Made by a program: the position numbers and the translations under genes
Assembly (NCBI GenBank): GCA_031275285.1
Contig: JAISOY010000042.1
Span: forward strand, 29,475-93,474
Direction: 5' to 3'
Length of the DNA stretch: 64,000 nt
Origin: Bacteroidales bacterium
GTDB taxonomy: Bacteria > Bacteroidota > Bacteroidia > Bacteroidales > UBA4181
Notes under the pieces: generated by a model
The model's input: the letters and a program-made list of their open reading frames with translations, nothing else
Database searches by the model: none
What the model was told of the DNA's origin: nothing
Part shown: one piece after another, positions 28,705 to 36,657 of the stretch
Position numbering within the stretch: the first letter of the stretch is position 1
How the letters are laid out: each line of letters opens with the position of its first letter

Positions 28705-29196
28705 ATGAAATATTTGACAGGTTTGTTGTTATTGATACAATCATGTTCTATGGAAAATGAAGAATTCATAAAAAAGATTATATCCGATTTTGATAGATAT
28801 AGCTTTTTTGTATCCATAGAGGTTGAAAGTCCTGAATACAGAGGGAGGGTAATTATTGAAAATGACGATTTGTATCACTATTATAATCAAACTCAAAATA
28901 TTGATAAAAAGAAATATCAAGAAATAATGCATAGGATGTTGCAGAAAGAACTAACACTAAAAATTAAAAACGAGGATTTTAATCGATTTAACTTTTTTAA
29001 AGTGCTTAATGATGCAACTATTATTGCCAATACTCAAAAGGGTGTTGATAATTTCATAAAAGTCTATTTTAATGGAAGGGTATTGAAAGATGATATTACA
29101 GATAATGAGCGTTATGCTATTATAAATCAATTGTATCATTTCAATGTTTTAAGTAAAATTGATGATGAAACAGGTTATTTGGTTCTGTATAAATGA
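28705..29196 (+). CDS. small lipoprotein, hypothetical (candidate orphan immunity)
   Basis: 163 aa with MKYLTGLLLLIQSCSMENEEF (lipobox-like ...QSC). It is AT-rich. Confidence 0.5.
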   Translation: MKYLTGLLLLIQSCSMENEEFIKKIISDFDRYSFFVSIEVESPEYRGRVIIENDDLYHYYNQTQNIDKKKYQEIMHRMLQKELTLKIKNEDFNRFNFFKVLNDATIIANTQKGVDNFIKVYFNGRVLKDDITDNERYAIINQLYHFNVLSKIDDETGYLVLYK

Positions 29197-29660
29197 TTAT
29201 CAATGAAGCAGAATGGTATATTGAATTTTTATTAGTATGGATTTTTAAAATAGCTTTAAAAATAAAAGATATAGAAAAGTCATCGTGTGATTAAGATAGA
29301 AACCAGAGATAGTTATTTAATTTATAGGAAGAATACATGGAATTAATTAGGAGACTTACAGTATGAAAAGAGAAATTTCTTGATTTTCTTGTAAAAAATC
29401 ATCATTAAGATTAGCCGGTGACTGGAAGGATAATTGGTTGGCTTGTCCGATGAATAATGAAGAAACGATAGTTGGTAAAGATGTGTCAAAAGTTGAAAAT
29501 AACGGAATATGGTTTGTGATGGCAACTTTTTTCTTAGTTAGATGACAAGGTGTCCTAAAAAAATATAACCCAGGCAAAAATAATCAACAAGTTTTGCAGG
29601 TTAGGTTTGAATCCACTAACTTGCGCGATATGTAATGGACAGAAATCAAAGTAGACAAAG

Positions 29661-30932
29661 TTGAAAGATAATAACAGAAAAAATAAATTAATATACCTGC
29701 TTATTCCGCTCGTGGTTATCATTGGAGTGGTGATCGGGATCCGTATGTGTTCGGAGAATAATTTAAAAAAGAAACTGGAAGAAGAGTCCATAACCGAAGT
29801 CATTGACAGTACGGAACTGGAGCAAAAGCATTATAAATATGGTATTCCCAGTGAGAATTTTGAGGTGGTCGAAGATGTAGTTGGGAAAAACCAGAATCTT
29901 TCAGCCATCCTTCAAAGATATAGGGTTTCTCCTGCTAAAATTCATGAAGCCGTCTTATCCTGTAAAGAGATCTTTGATGTCAGAAAGATCCGGACAGGCC
30001 ATAAATACACTCTTTTTCTTGCCAATGACAGCCTGAAGACCCCTGAGTTTTTTATTTATGAAAAGAACAACCTTGAATATGTCGTGATAGATTTCAAGGA
30101 GCAATGTAATGCTTATGAAGGCAGGAAAGATGTGGAAATGATGGAACTTACCGCTAAGATCGGAATCAGCAGTTCTTTATGGAATGCCATGAAAGATGCC
30201 GGAACCAATCCGAACTTAGCCATCACCCTTGCAGATATTTATGCATGGTCAATTGATTTCTACGGCATAGCCAAAAACGATTCCATCCGCGTAATCTATG
30301 ACCAACCTTTTGTTGAAGGCGAACCCCTGACGGATTTTACAGTAAAGGGAGCTGTTTTCAGGCATATGGGTAAAGATTATTATGCCATACCTTATTTACA
30401 GGAAGAACGCATTGCTTTCTTTGATGAAAATGGTAACAGCCTGCAAAAAGCATTTCTGAAAGCTCCTTTAAAATATTCCAGGATATCTTCGGGATTTTCA
30501 AATAGCCGTTATCATCCGGTGCTTAAAATCAACAGGGCTCATCATGGAGTAGACTATGCAGCTCCTACCGGAACACCTGTTTATACTATAGGCGATGGAA
30601 CCGTCACCAAAAAAGCATTTCAGAAGAACGGAGGAGGAAATTATATTACCATCAAACACAACAGTGTATATTCCACCACTTATATGCATCTATCCAAATT
30701 TGCCAAAGGAATTAATGTCGGCAGCCGGATAAAACAGGGAGATGTTATCGGATATGTGGGTAGTACAGGATTATCAACCGGCCCGCATCTCGACTTCCGG
30801 GTCTATAAAAATGGCCAGCCCATTAATCCGTTGAAAATGGAATCCCCATCCAAGGAGCCCATATCTGCTGAGAATATGGATGAATTTCTTGTACTCAGGG
30901 ATTCCCTTGTATCCAGATTAAATACACTCTGA
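29661..30932 (+). CDS. M23-family metallopeptidase (murein endopeptidase-like), membrane anchored
   Basis: 423 aa with an N-terminal TM helix LIYLLIPLVVIIGVVIGI. M23 motifs are HHGVDYAAPTGTPVYTIGDGTV and GSTGLSTGPHLDFRV. The apparent start is TTG, which keeps the TM helix. Confidence 0.88.
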   Translation: MKDNNRKNKLIYLLIPLVVIIGVVIGIRMCSENNLKKKLEEESITEVIDSTELEQKHYKYGIPSENFEVVEDVVGKNQNLSAILQRYRVSPAKIHEAVLSCKEIFDVRKIRTGHKYTLFLANDSLKTPEFFIYEKNNLEYVVIDFKEQCNAYEGRKDVEMMELTAKIGISSSLWNAMKDAGTNPNLAITLADIYAWSIDFYGIAKNDSIRVIYDQPFVEGEPLTDFTVKGAVFRHMGKDYYAIPYLQEERIAFFDENGNSLQKAFLKAPLKYSRISSGFSNSRYHPVLKINRAHHGVDYAAPTGTPVYTIGDGTVTKKAFQKNGGGNYITIKHNSVYSTTYMHLSKFAKGINVGSRIKQGDVIGYVGSTGLSTGPHLDFRVYKNGQPINPLKMESPSKEPISAENMDEFLVLRDSLVSRLNTL

Positions 30933-31064
30933 TTTTACATTAGATGTAAGTGTAACGATATCGGATGATCATCGAGCAGACAAGGGATATTCGTTTTTAA
31001 GGAAGGGTTTTGGTATTTTCAGGAAAAGGATGGGTATCTCAGGGGGTGTAAAAGAAAAAATATA

Positions 31065-31072
31065 TACTTTTG
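31065..31072 (+). promoter_or_regulatory. putative -7 box (TACTTTTG)
   Basis: 30 nt upstream of ATG 31102. Confidence 0.35.
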
Positions 31073-31101
31073 GGTAATTCACCTTAAACCGTACTTATTC
31101 C

Positions 31102-31506
31102 ATGAAAAGGATCAGGAATAGTTTCATTCTGCTGTTGTTACTGTTCATTTGCTGCAAAAGCAGGACAGTAGATGCCGATAAGGTAACAGTAGCCTGTTAT
31201 TATTTCCCTAATTACCATACCCGCGATACGACCGATCTTTGTATCAGTCGGCAGCATTTTGAGAACTGGTCGGAATGGGAACTGGCGGGTGGATATCCTT
31301 ATAGCAACACAATAGGCAACAATACGCCGGAAAATTTCAAAACCGTATTGCAGATGACTAAAGATAAGCTGTTGTCCGAACCTGACGGACTCCGGATTTT
31401 GAATATCAATTGCTGGAATGAGTGGACCGAAGGGAGTTATCTGGAACCCGATACAAAAACCGGTATGGCTTATCTGAATGCTGTCAGGGATGTTTTTTAT
31501 CCCTGA
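31102..31506 (+). pseudogene. internally deleted WbsX/GH99-like paralog (N-terminal ~60 aa fused to C-terminal ~70 aa)
   Basis: 134 aa. VACYYFPNYH...WSEWEL resembles the family N-terminus. NNTPENFKTVLQMTKDKLLSEPDGLRILNINCWNEWTEGSYLEPDTKTGMAYLNAVRDVFYP aligns to the last ~70 aa of the neighbouring 396-aa protein (NNTPENFAKALRMAKEYVDNHPKQVPLITINSWNEWTETSYLQPCNVFGYGYLEAVKEVFK). The ~250-aa middle is missing. Confidence 0.6.
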
Positions 31507-31580
31507 ATAAGTGTTGTGTGTTCAGGAAAGTGATGGGATGCTCAATAAATCATTAGTTTAACCAAATAATAATTATCTGA

Positions 31581-32771
31581 ATGAGACATTTAACCCGATT
31601 ATTTTTACCGCTTTTTCTTTGTTTGATTGCCGGTCATCCGCTCCAGGCACAGAAAAAGACAAAAGAGTCAGTCCGGAAATATGATATAGCTGCATTTTTG
31701 TATCCGGCATATGCATCGGACGATCCGCGTTTACGACCTTTCTGGCCTCATGGGATTGGCGAATGGGAAACGGTGGCCAATATGCAAAAAAGGCATCCCG
31801 GGCATTACTGGAACAGGAAGCCACTCTGGGGATATATCAATGAAGCTGATCCGAATGTTATGGCCATGGAAATAGATGTCGCTACAAAGCATGGTGTAAA
31901 TGTATTTATCTTTGACTGGTACTGGTATGATGGCCGCCCGTTTATGGAAACCACACTGGATAACGGTTTCCTGAAAGCTGAAAATGTAGGCAAGATGGAA
32001 TTTTACCTGATGTGGGCCAACCATGAGGTAGTGAATGTGTGGGACACCCGTCTGGCTGATGTCAATGAACATAATGTCATCTGGACAGGTCAGGTAGACC
32101 GGCAGGAGTTTGAGAAGATCTGCAAAAGAAATATCGAGAAGTATTTTAAACATCCGCAATATTATAAGATTGACGGAAAACCGGTATTCATGATTTACGA
32201 TATTCCCCAGTTGATTGCCGGATTAGGCGGATTCGAACAAACTATCGATGCGCTGAAATGGTTTGAGAAGGAAACTAAGAAAGCCGGTTTCCCGGGACTG
32301 GACCTGCAATTAACGATGTGGGTGGTCAATGTAAATTATAGTGGAGTGGACGGCAGTAAAACCCAGAATCCGGAAAACGATTTTGTGAAAAGACTCGGAT
32401 TTACCAGTGCAACCCATTACCAGTTTGTTCATTTTACGAATGTAAACCGCGACTATATGGAGATTATGGAAGATGTAAAAAAGGAATGGGCGCGGATCGA
32501 TACCACTTTCAGCCTGACTTATTATCCCCATATCAGTGTAGGATGGGACAACAGTCCACGTACCGGAAAAAGCGCCGTTGTGAAAAATAATACCCCCGAA
32601 AATTTTGCCAAAGCCCTGAGGATGGCCAAGGAATATGTAGACAATCACCCCAAACAGGTACCACTTATCACAATAAACAGCTGGAATGAATGGACCGAAA
32701 CCAGTTATCTTCAACCATGTAATGTATTTGGGTATGGATACCTTGAAGCCGTTAAAGAAGTCTTTAAGTGA
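31581..32771 (+). CDS. WbsX-family / glycoside hydrolase family 99-like domain protein, exported
   Basis: 396 aa with a signal peptide LFLPLFLCLIAGHPLQAQ. It has FIFDWYWYDG, GWDNSPR and SWNEWTE blocks that I associate with the Glyco_tran_WbsX / GH99-like family. Confidence 0.7.
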   Translation: MRHLTRLFLPLFLCLIAGHPLQAQKKTKESVRKYDIAAFLYPAYASDDPRLRPFWPHGIGEWETVANMQKRHPGHYWNRKPLWGYINEADPNVMAMEIDVATKHGVNVFIFDWYWYDGRPFMETTLDNGFLKAENVGKMEFYLMWANHEVVNVWDTRLADVNEHNVIWTGQVDRQEFEKICKRNIEKYFKHPQYYKIDGKPVFMIYDIPQLIAGLGGFEQTIDALKWFEKETKKAGFPGLDLQLTMWVVNVNYSGVDGSKTQNPENDFVKRLGFTSATHYQFVHFTNVNRDYMEIMEDVKKEWARIDTTFSLTYYPHISVGWDNSPRTGKSAVVKNNTPENFAKALRMAKEYVDNHPKQVPLITINSWNEWTETSYLQPCNVFGYGYLEAVKEVFK

Positions 32772-32860
32772 TACCGGTTTCATATGACTATTAGTAAATC
32801 CCTGTTTTCTTGGCAGATAAGTAAATTGTATTTTTTCTTGGTTTAAATAAATTTGAAGAG

Positions 32861-33463
32861 GTGAAAGATAGTCTGAAGATCATTTGTTTATTATTTATCA
32901 TTTCTATATGTATTTGTTGTAAAACAAATACATCATACAAAATCTACGATCCGGTAAAAGATAAAGATAAAGAATTAGAAATTAGAAAAAGAAGATTCTT
33001 AAGCAATAAAAAAAATCCAGTGAAGGATTCGGCTTTATATGCAAATTTTGATATAGGGGTGGATGCCTTTTCTTATATCGTAAAAGGAGAATTGTCCGGT
33101 ACTCTTTTGTTCATATGTAATAATGATTTTTATCCCAGCTATAAAATAGAGTTTGATAGTATATCATATTCTTTTGTTATTAATTATGATTCTGAAAAGA
33201 TCATACATATTGTTACATCTGACAAACATTTTATTTGTAATGGATATAAGATAGGTGATATAATGGATACTGCTAAAATTGAAAGGGAGAAAATATTAGT
33301 GAGATCAGGATGGGGGTATTATTATCCGTTAGAGAACGGATGGAATGCTTTTGTTGGAGGTTCAGATAGTTTGAATTATACAATCACATCTTTTTTTAAA
33401 ACTATTTCGAAAGGAGAACCTATAAATGAATATGAGAAAAGAATAAATGAATTTATAAAATAA
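32861..33463 (+). CDS. hypothetical lipoprotein
   Basis: 200 aa with a GTG start and the N-terminus KDSLKIICLLFIISICICCKTN. It is AT-rich, and I recognise no family. Confidence 0.5.
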   Translation: MKDSLKIICLLFIISICICCKTNTSYKIYDPVKDKDKELEIRKRRFLSNKKNPVKDSALYANFDIGVDAFSYIVKGELSGTLLFICNNDFYPSYKIEFDSISYSFVINYDSEKIIHIVTSDKHFICNGYKIGDIMDTAKIEREKILVRSGWGYYYPLENGWNAFVGGSDSLNYTITSFFKTISKGEPINEYEKRINEFIK

Positions 33464-33613
33464 ATTAAGTATTTTCCTTTGTTAGGCAGAATGCAACAGA
33501 TGTTCGCTAAGTATATTTGACATCACAGATTTACTCATCGGGCAGATAGGGCTTATCTCCCGTTCAGAGCATAGTTTGTAACTAGTCTGTCTTTTTGTTA
33601 GATAAAAATAAGC

Positions 33614-33748
33614 TTATTCAACAACAATAGGTTGGTATTTCGGTACCAGTGATTTCATAATTACCCAGCCGATCAGGTAGGCTACGGCGCAGATACAGAA
33701 AATGATAAAGTATCCGGCATTGATACCTGTAAATCCAAGAAATGACAT
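33614..33748 (-). pseudogene. relic 3' fragment (44 codons) of an ExuT-like MFS transporter gene
   Basis: The reverse complement reads MSFLGFTGINAGYFIIFCICAVAYLIGWVIMKSLVPKYQPIVVE*. The intact gene's C-terminus is MTFFGFEGKPAGYFVIFCICAVAYLIGWVIMKSLVPKYKPIVVE*. At DNA level, 33611-33719 matches 33871-33979 at roughly 90% identity by eye, offset 260 nt. Confidence 0.75.
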
Positions 33749-33821
33749 ATTTGATTCAATCGAACAATCAAATAGTTTTCCCCCGTTTGGCGTAGTTTGT
33801 ACCTACATAGAATGAGAATAA

Positions 33822-33855
33822 TAAAAAAGCCACTTTTTTTGAAGTGGCTTTTTTA
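33822..33855. terminator. bidirectional-looking rho-independent terminator after the MFS transporter gene
   Basis: aaaaaagccactt-tttttt-gaagtggctttttt: an 8-9 bp stem flanked by an A run and a T run, 20 nt past the stop at 33874. Confidence 0.7.
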
Positions 33856-33873
33856 TATCAGAATAAAGTAAGT

Positions 33874-35349
33874 TTATTCAACAACAATAGGTTTGTATTT
33901 CGGTACCAGTGATTTCATGATCACCCAGCCGATCAGGTAGGCTACGGCACAGATACAGAAAATGACGAAATATCCGGCCGGCTTTCCTTCGAAACCGAAA
34001 AAAGTCATGTTCGTTTCACCGGCATATACAAAAAGTTTACCTGCCGATTTTTGTAAAATCATAGATCCTACACCACCGGCCATACCACCGATACCAGTAA
34101 TTGTAGCAATGGCGCCTTTAGGGAACATATCGCCTATGGTCGAAAATAAATTGGCACTCCATGCCTGATGGGCGGCACAGCCGATTGAAATGAGCAAAAC
34201 GGGGATCCATGCGGCATGTTTACCCAGGTGGGCAAACTGTATTCCAAGTGGCTGCGCAAGTAGCACTGCGAGTGGGAAAAACGCAAATATCAACATGGCT
34301 TTCATTCGAGCTGCGTAAGGGTCTTGCCCACTACGGTTAATGAATATTGTAGGCAGTTTTCCTCCCAGGATTGATAAAACGGTAACAATGGCATAAAGTG
34401 TAAAGATAAGTGCCATTCCGAGGCCTTCAGATGTCTTGATCCCGAATTGCGTACTCAGGTATGAAGGGGTCCAGAACAAAAAGAACCACCATACGCCGTC
34501 CGTCATAAATTTCCCGGCAGCAAACGCCCATGTTTGTCTAAATGTAAAACACTTTAGGAAAGGTATTTTTGTCTCTTCTGCTTCTTGTTTTGCCAGTTGT
34601 TTTTTTTCTTGTTCCTCATCTTTATCCTGATTGATATATTCAAGTTCAAGAGCATTAACCCGTTTGTTTTTTTCGGGTTTATCATAAAGGAATACCCAGA
34701 ATGCCATCCAGATAAAACCTAATGCCCCGATAACAATGAAGGCCATTTCCCAACCGAAATATTTTGCAAGGGGCGGGATACTCAGGGGTGCAAAAAGTGC
34801 ACCGATCGAAGCACCTGCATTGAAGATGGAAGTAGCAAAAGCCCGGTCCTTTTTGGGAAAATATTCGGCAGTGGCTTTGATGGCGGCGGGAAAGTTTCCG
34901 GCTTCACCAAGTGCGAGGATAGCCCGTGCCACAAGGAAACACCACATACTTACCGTGGCGATGACTACAGCTACATCACCTGTGGCGGCAGCCAACTCTG
35001 CGGCGGTATGCATTCCTACCCATGATTCGGTAACAAGTCCGCAAGCAGCATGAAGACAAGCACCCACACTCCATACGCCAATGGACCAGAGGAATCCTTT
35101 TTTGGTACCCATCCATTCGACGAAGCGACCTGCAAAGAGCATACAGATGGCATAAAAAATGGAAAAGAAAGACGTAATAGTACCATAATGATTTTCGTCC
35201 CAATGGAATTCAGGTTTGATAAATTCATCCCAGGTAAGAGACAATACCTGTCTGTCCAGATAATTGATCGTTGTTGCGAAAAAAAGCATGGCACAGATGG
35301 TCCACCTGTAGTTGGTCATTTTTTCACCTACTTTGTTTAATGTACTCAT
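33874..35349 (-). CDS. exuT: MFS transporter, hexuronate (ExuT)-like
   Basis: 491 aa, 12-TM-like. The N-terminal NYRWTICAMLFFATTINYLDRQVLS is typical of the ACS/ExuT subfamily. It lies immediately downstream of a KDPG aldolase gene. Confidence 0.75.
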   Translation of the reverse strand: MSTLNKVGEKMTNYRWTICAMLFFATTINYLDRQVLSLTWDEFIKPEFHWDENHYGTITSFFSIFYAICMLFAGRFVEWMGTKKGFLWSIGVWSVGACLHAACGLVTESWVGMHTAAELAAATGDVAVVIATVSMWCFLVARAILALGEAGNFPAAIKATAEYFPKKDRAFATSIFNAGASIGALFAPLSIPPLAKYFGWEMAFIVIGALGFIWMAFWVFLYDKPEKNKRVNALELEYINQDKDEEQEKKQLAKQEAEETKIPFLKCFTFRQTWAFAAGKFMTDGVWWFFLFWTPSYLSTQFGIKTSEGLGMALIFTLYAIVTVLSILGGKLPTIFINRSGQDPYAARMKAMLIFAFFPLAVLLAQPLGIQFAHLGKHAAWIPVLLISIGCAAHQAWSANLFSTIGDMFPKGAIATITGIGGMAGGVGSMILQKSAGKLFVYAGETNMTFFGFEGKPAGYFVIFCICAVAYLIGWVIMKSLVPKYKPIVVE

Positions 35350-35367
35350 TCGGTATAGTTTATTTGA

Positions 35368-36048
35368 TTAATTGGTTGATTTTCTTACTTTTTTCAGGAT
35401 TGAGAATGCTTCCTGTACTTTTTGGGTGATGGCAGGCCAGTTTCCGGAAGCGATCACCTCTTTCGGGAATAAATTAGATCCCATACCTACGCAGGTAACT
35501 CCCGCGTCAAACCATGCTTTCAGGTTCTCTTCAGTCGGTTCGACACCACCGGTAGGCATAATGCTCGACCAGGGGCAGGGACCTTTTACGGCAGCCACGA
35601 ACTTAGGGCCGCCGACTGAGGATCCGGGAAATATCTTGACAATTTCGGCACCCAGTTCTTCTGCACGGGAAATATCGTTGAGGGAGCCGCAACCGGGGCT
35701 CCAGGCAATCTTCCTGCGGTTACAGGTAACAGCCATATCTTCTTTCAGGACAGGGGAGACAACAAAATTGGCACCCAATTGTATGTACAAAGATGCTGTT
35801 CCGGCATCTACCACTGAGCCGACACCCAGTATCATTTCCGGAAGTTCTTTAAATACCCATTTGTTCAGTTCGGCAAATACCTCATGTGCGAAATCGCCGC
35901 GGTTGGTAAATTCAAATACCCGTACACCTCCGTCATAACATGCTTTCAGTACCTGTTTGGCAATTGCTGCGTCGGAATGATAGAACACAGGAATGATACC
36001 TGTCTCTTTCATTTTCAGTGCTACTTCAATTCTTGTAAATCGTGCCAT
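35368..36048 (-). CDS. eda: 2-dehydro-3-deoxyphosphogluconate / 4-hydroxy-2-oxoglutarate aldolase
   Basis: 226 aa with IIPVFYH, RVFEFTNRG, VSPV, VKIFPG and PTGGV, the class I KDPG aldolase pattern. Confidence 0.88.
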   Translation of the reverse strand: MARFTRIEVALKMKETGIIPVFYHSDAAIAKQVLKACYDGGVRVFEFTNRGDFAHEVFAELNKWVFKELPEMILGVGSVVDAGTASLYIQLGANFVVSPVLKEDMAVTCNRRKIAWSPGCGSLNDISRAEELGAEIVKIFPGSSVGGPKFVAAVKGPCPWSSIMPTGGVEPTEENLKAWFDAGVTCVGMGSNLFPKEVIASGNWPAITQKVQEAFSILKKVRKSTN

Positions 36049-36093
36049 TTATATAGATTATTGTATATCAGAATTCTCTCCAGATATTTCCCT

Positions 36094-36105
36094 GTGTGCG
36101 CACAC
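36094..36105. promoter_or_regulatory. perfect 12-bp palindrome GTGTGCGCACAC in the eda 5' region (candidate operator)
   Basis: It lies between a candidate -7 box (CAAAAGTA on the plus strand, 36128-36135) and the eda ATG at 36048. Confidence 0.3.
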
Positions 36106-36195
36106 GGAAAAAATGCCTCTCAAAACGCAAAAGTAATGGATATATCAAAATAAACAAATTATCCATGTAAATTAGGATGTTTTCTTTCCATTATT

Positions 36196-36654
36196 TTATA
36201 AGATCCCGTTGAATTCAAAAAATTTGGCGATACTGCCTTTTTGCATCAGGAACTGGTATCCGGGACTTTTTTTAACATCTTCTTTGTAGTCAACCAGGAT
36301 ATCCGGGCAGATCTGTTCGATCAACCTGGAAGGGCATTTTTCGTCAAGAAATACGACCATGGATACAAATACCATCGAAGCCAGGAATAAGGCTCTTTCC
36401 TGTTGGTTTTTGCGGGGTTTATAATGAGATGATTGCGTGATCAGGTCATCGGTACGTACTCCTACAATCAGGCGGCCACCCAGACTTGCGGCTTCCGCCA
36501 GATAATCAAGATGCCGGGAGTCAATGTCCTCAAAATTTCCGTAGGTGAAAACAATAGGCCATTCCCGGTGACGCCACCGGGCTACTTGCTGGGTCATTAA
36601 AACATCGTTGCTTTCTATTTTCGAACGAATAAATTGGGTAAAATCAGTTCTCAC
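36196..36654 (-). CDS. RfaE-domain-II-like cytidylyl/adenylyltransferase-fold protein with degenerate HxGH motif
   Basis: 152 aa. IVFTYGNFEDIDSRHLDYLAEAASLGGRLIVGVRTDD aligns by eye to the VMTNGVFDILHAGHVSYL...LGDRLIVAVNSD block of HldE domain II, with HAGH replaced by DSRH. Confidence 0.6.
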   Translation of the reverse strand: MRTDFTQFIRSKIESNDVLMTQQVARWRHREWPIVFTYGNFEDIDSRHLDYLAEAASLGGRLIVGVRTDDLITQSSHYKPRKNQQERALFLASMVFVSMVVFLDEKCPSRLIEQICPDILVDYKEDVKKSPGYQFLMQKGSIAKFFEFNGIL

Positions 36655-36657
36655 CGT

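Noticed and set aside
29598-29626. tRNA-3'-end-like string aggttaggtttgaatccactaacttgcgcga (GGTTTGAATCC resembles a T-loop)
   Set aside because: The only pairing is a 5-bp stem (gttag/ctaac) around an 11-nt loop, not a 5-bp/7-nt T-arm. No acceptor, D or anticodon arms can be built upstream. It could at most be a decayed fragment.
29343-29803. Minus-strand ORFs 29343-29525, 29356-29577 and 29555-29803 between the island and the M23 gene
   Set aside because: They are mutually overlapping, low-complexity and without motifs. The last one overlaps the M23 peptidase N-terminus.
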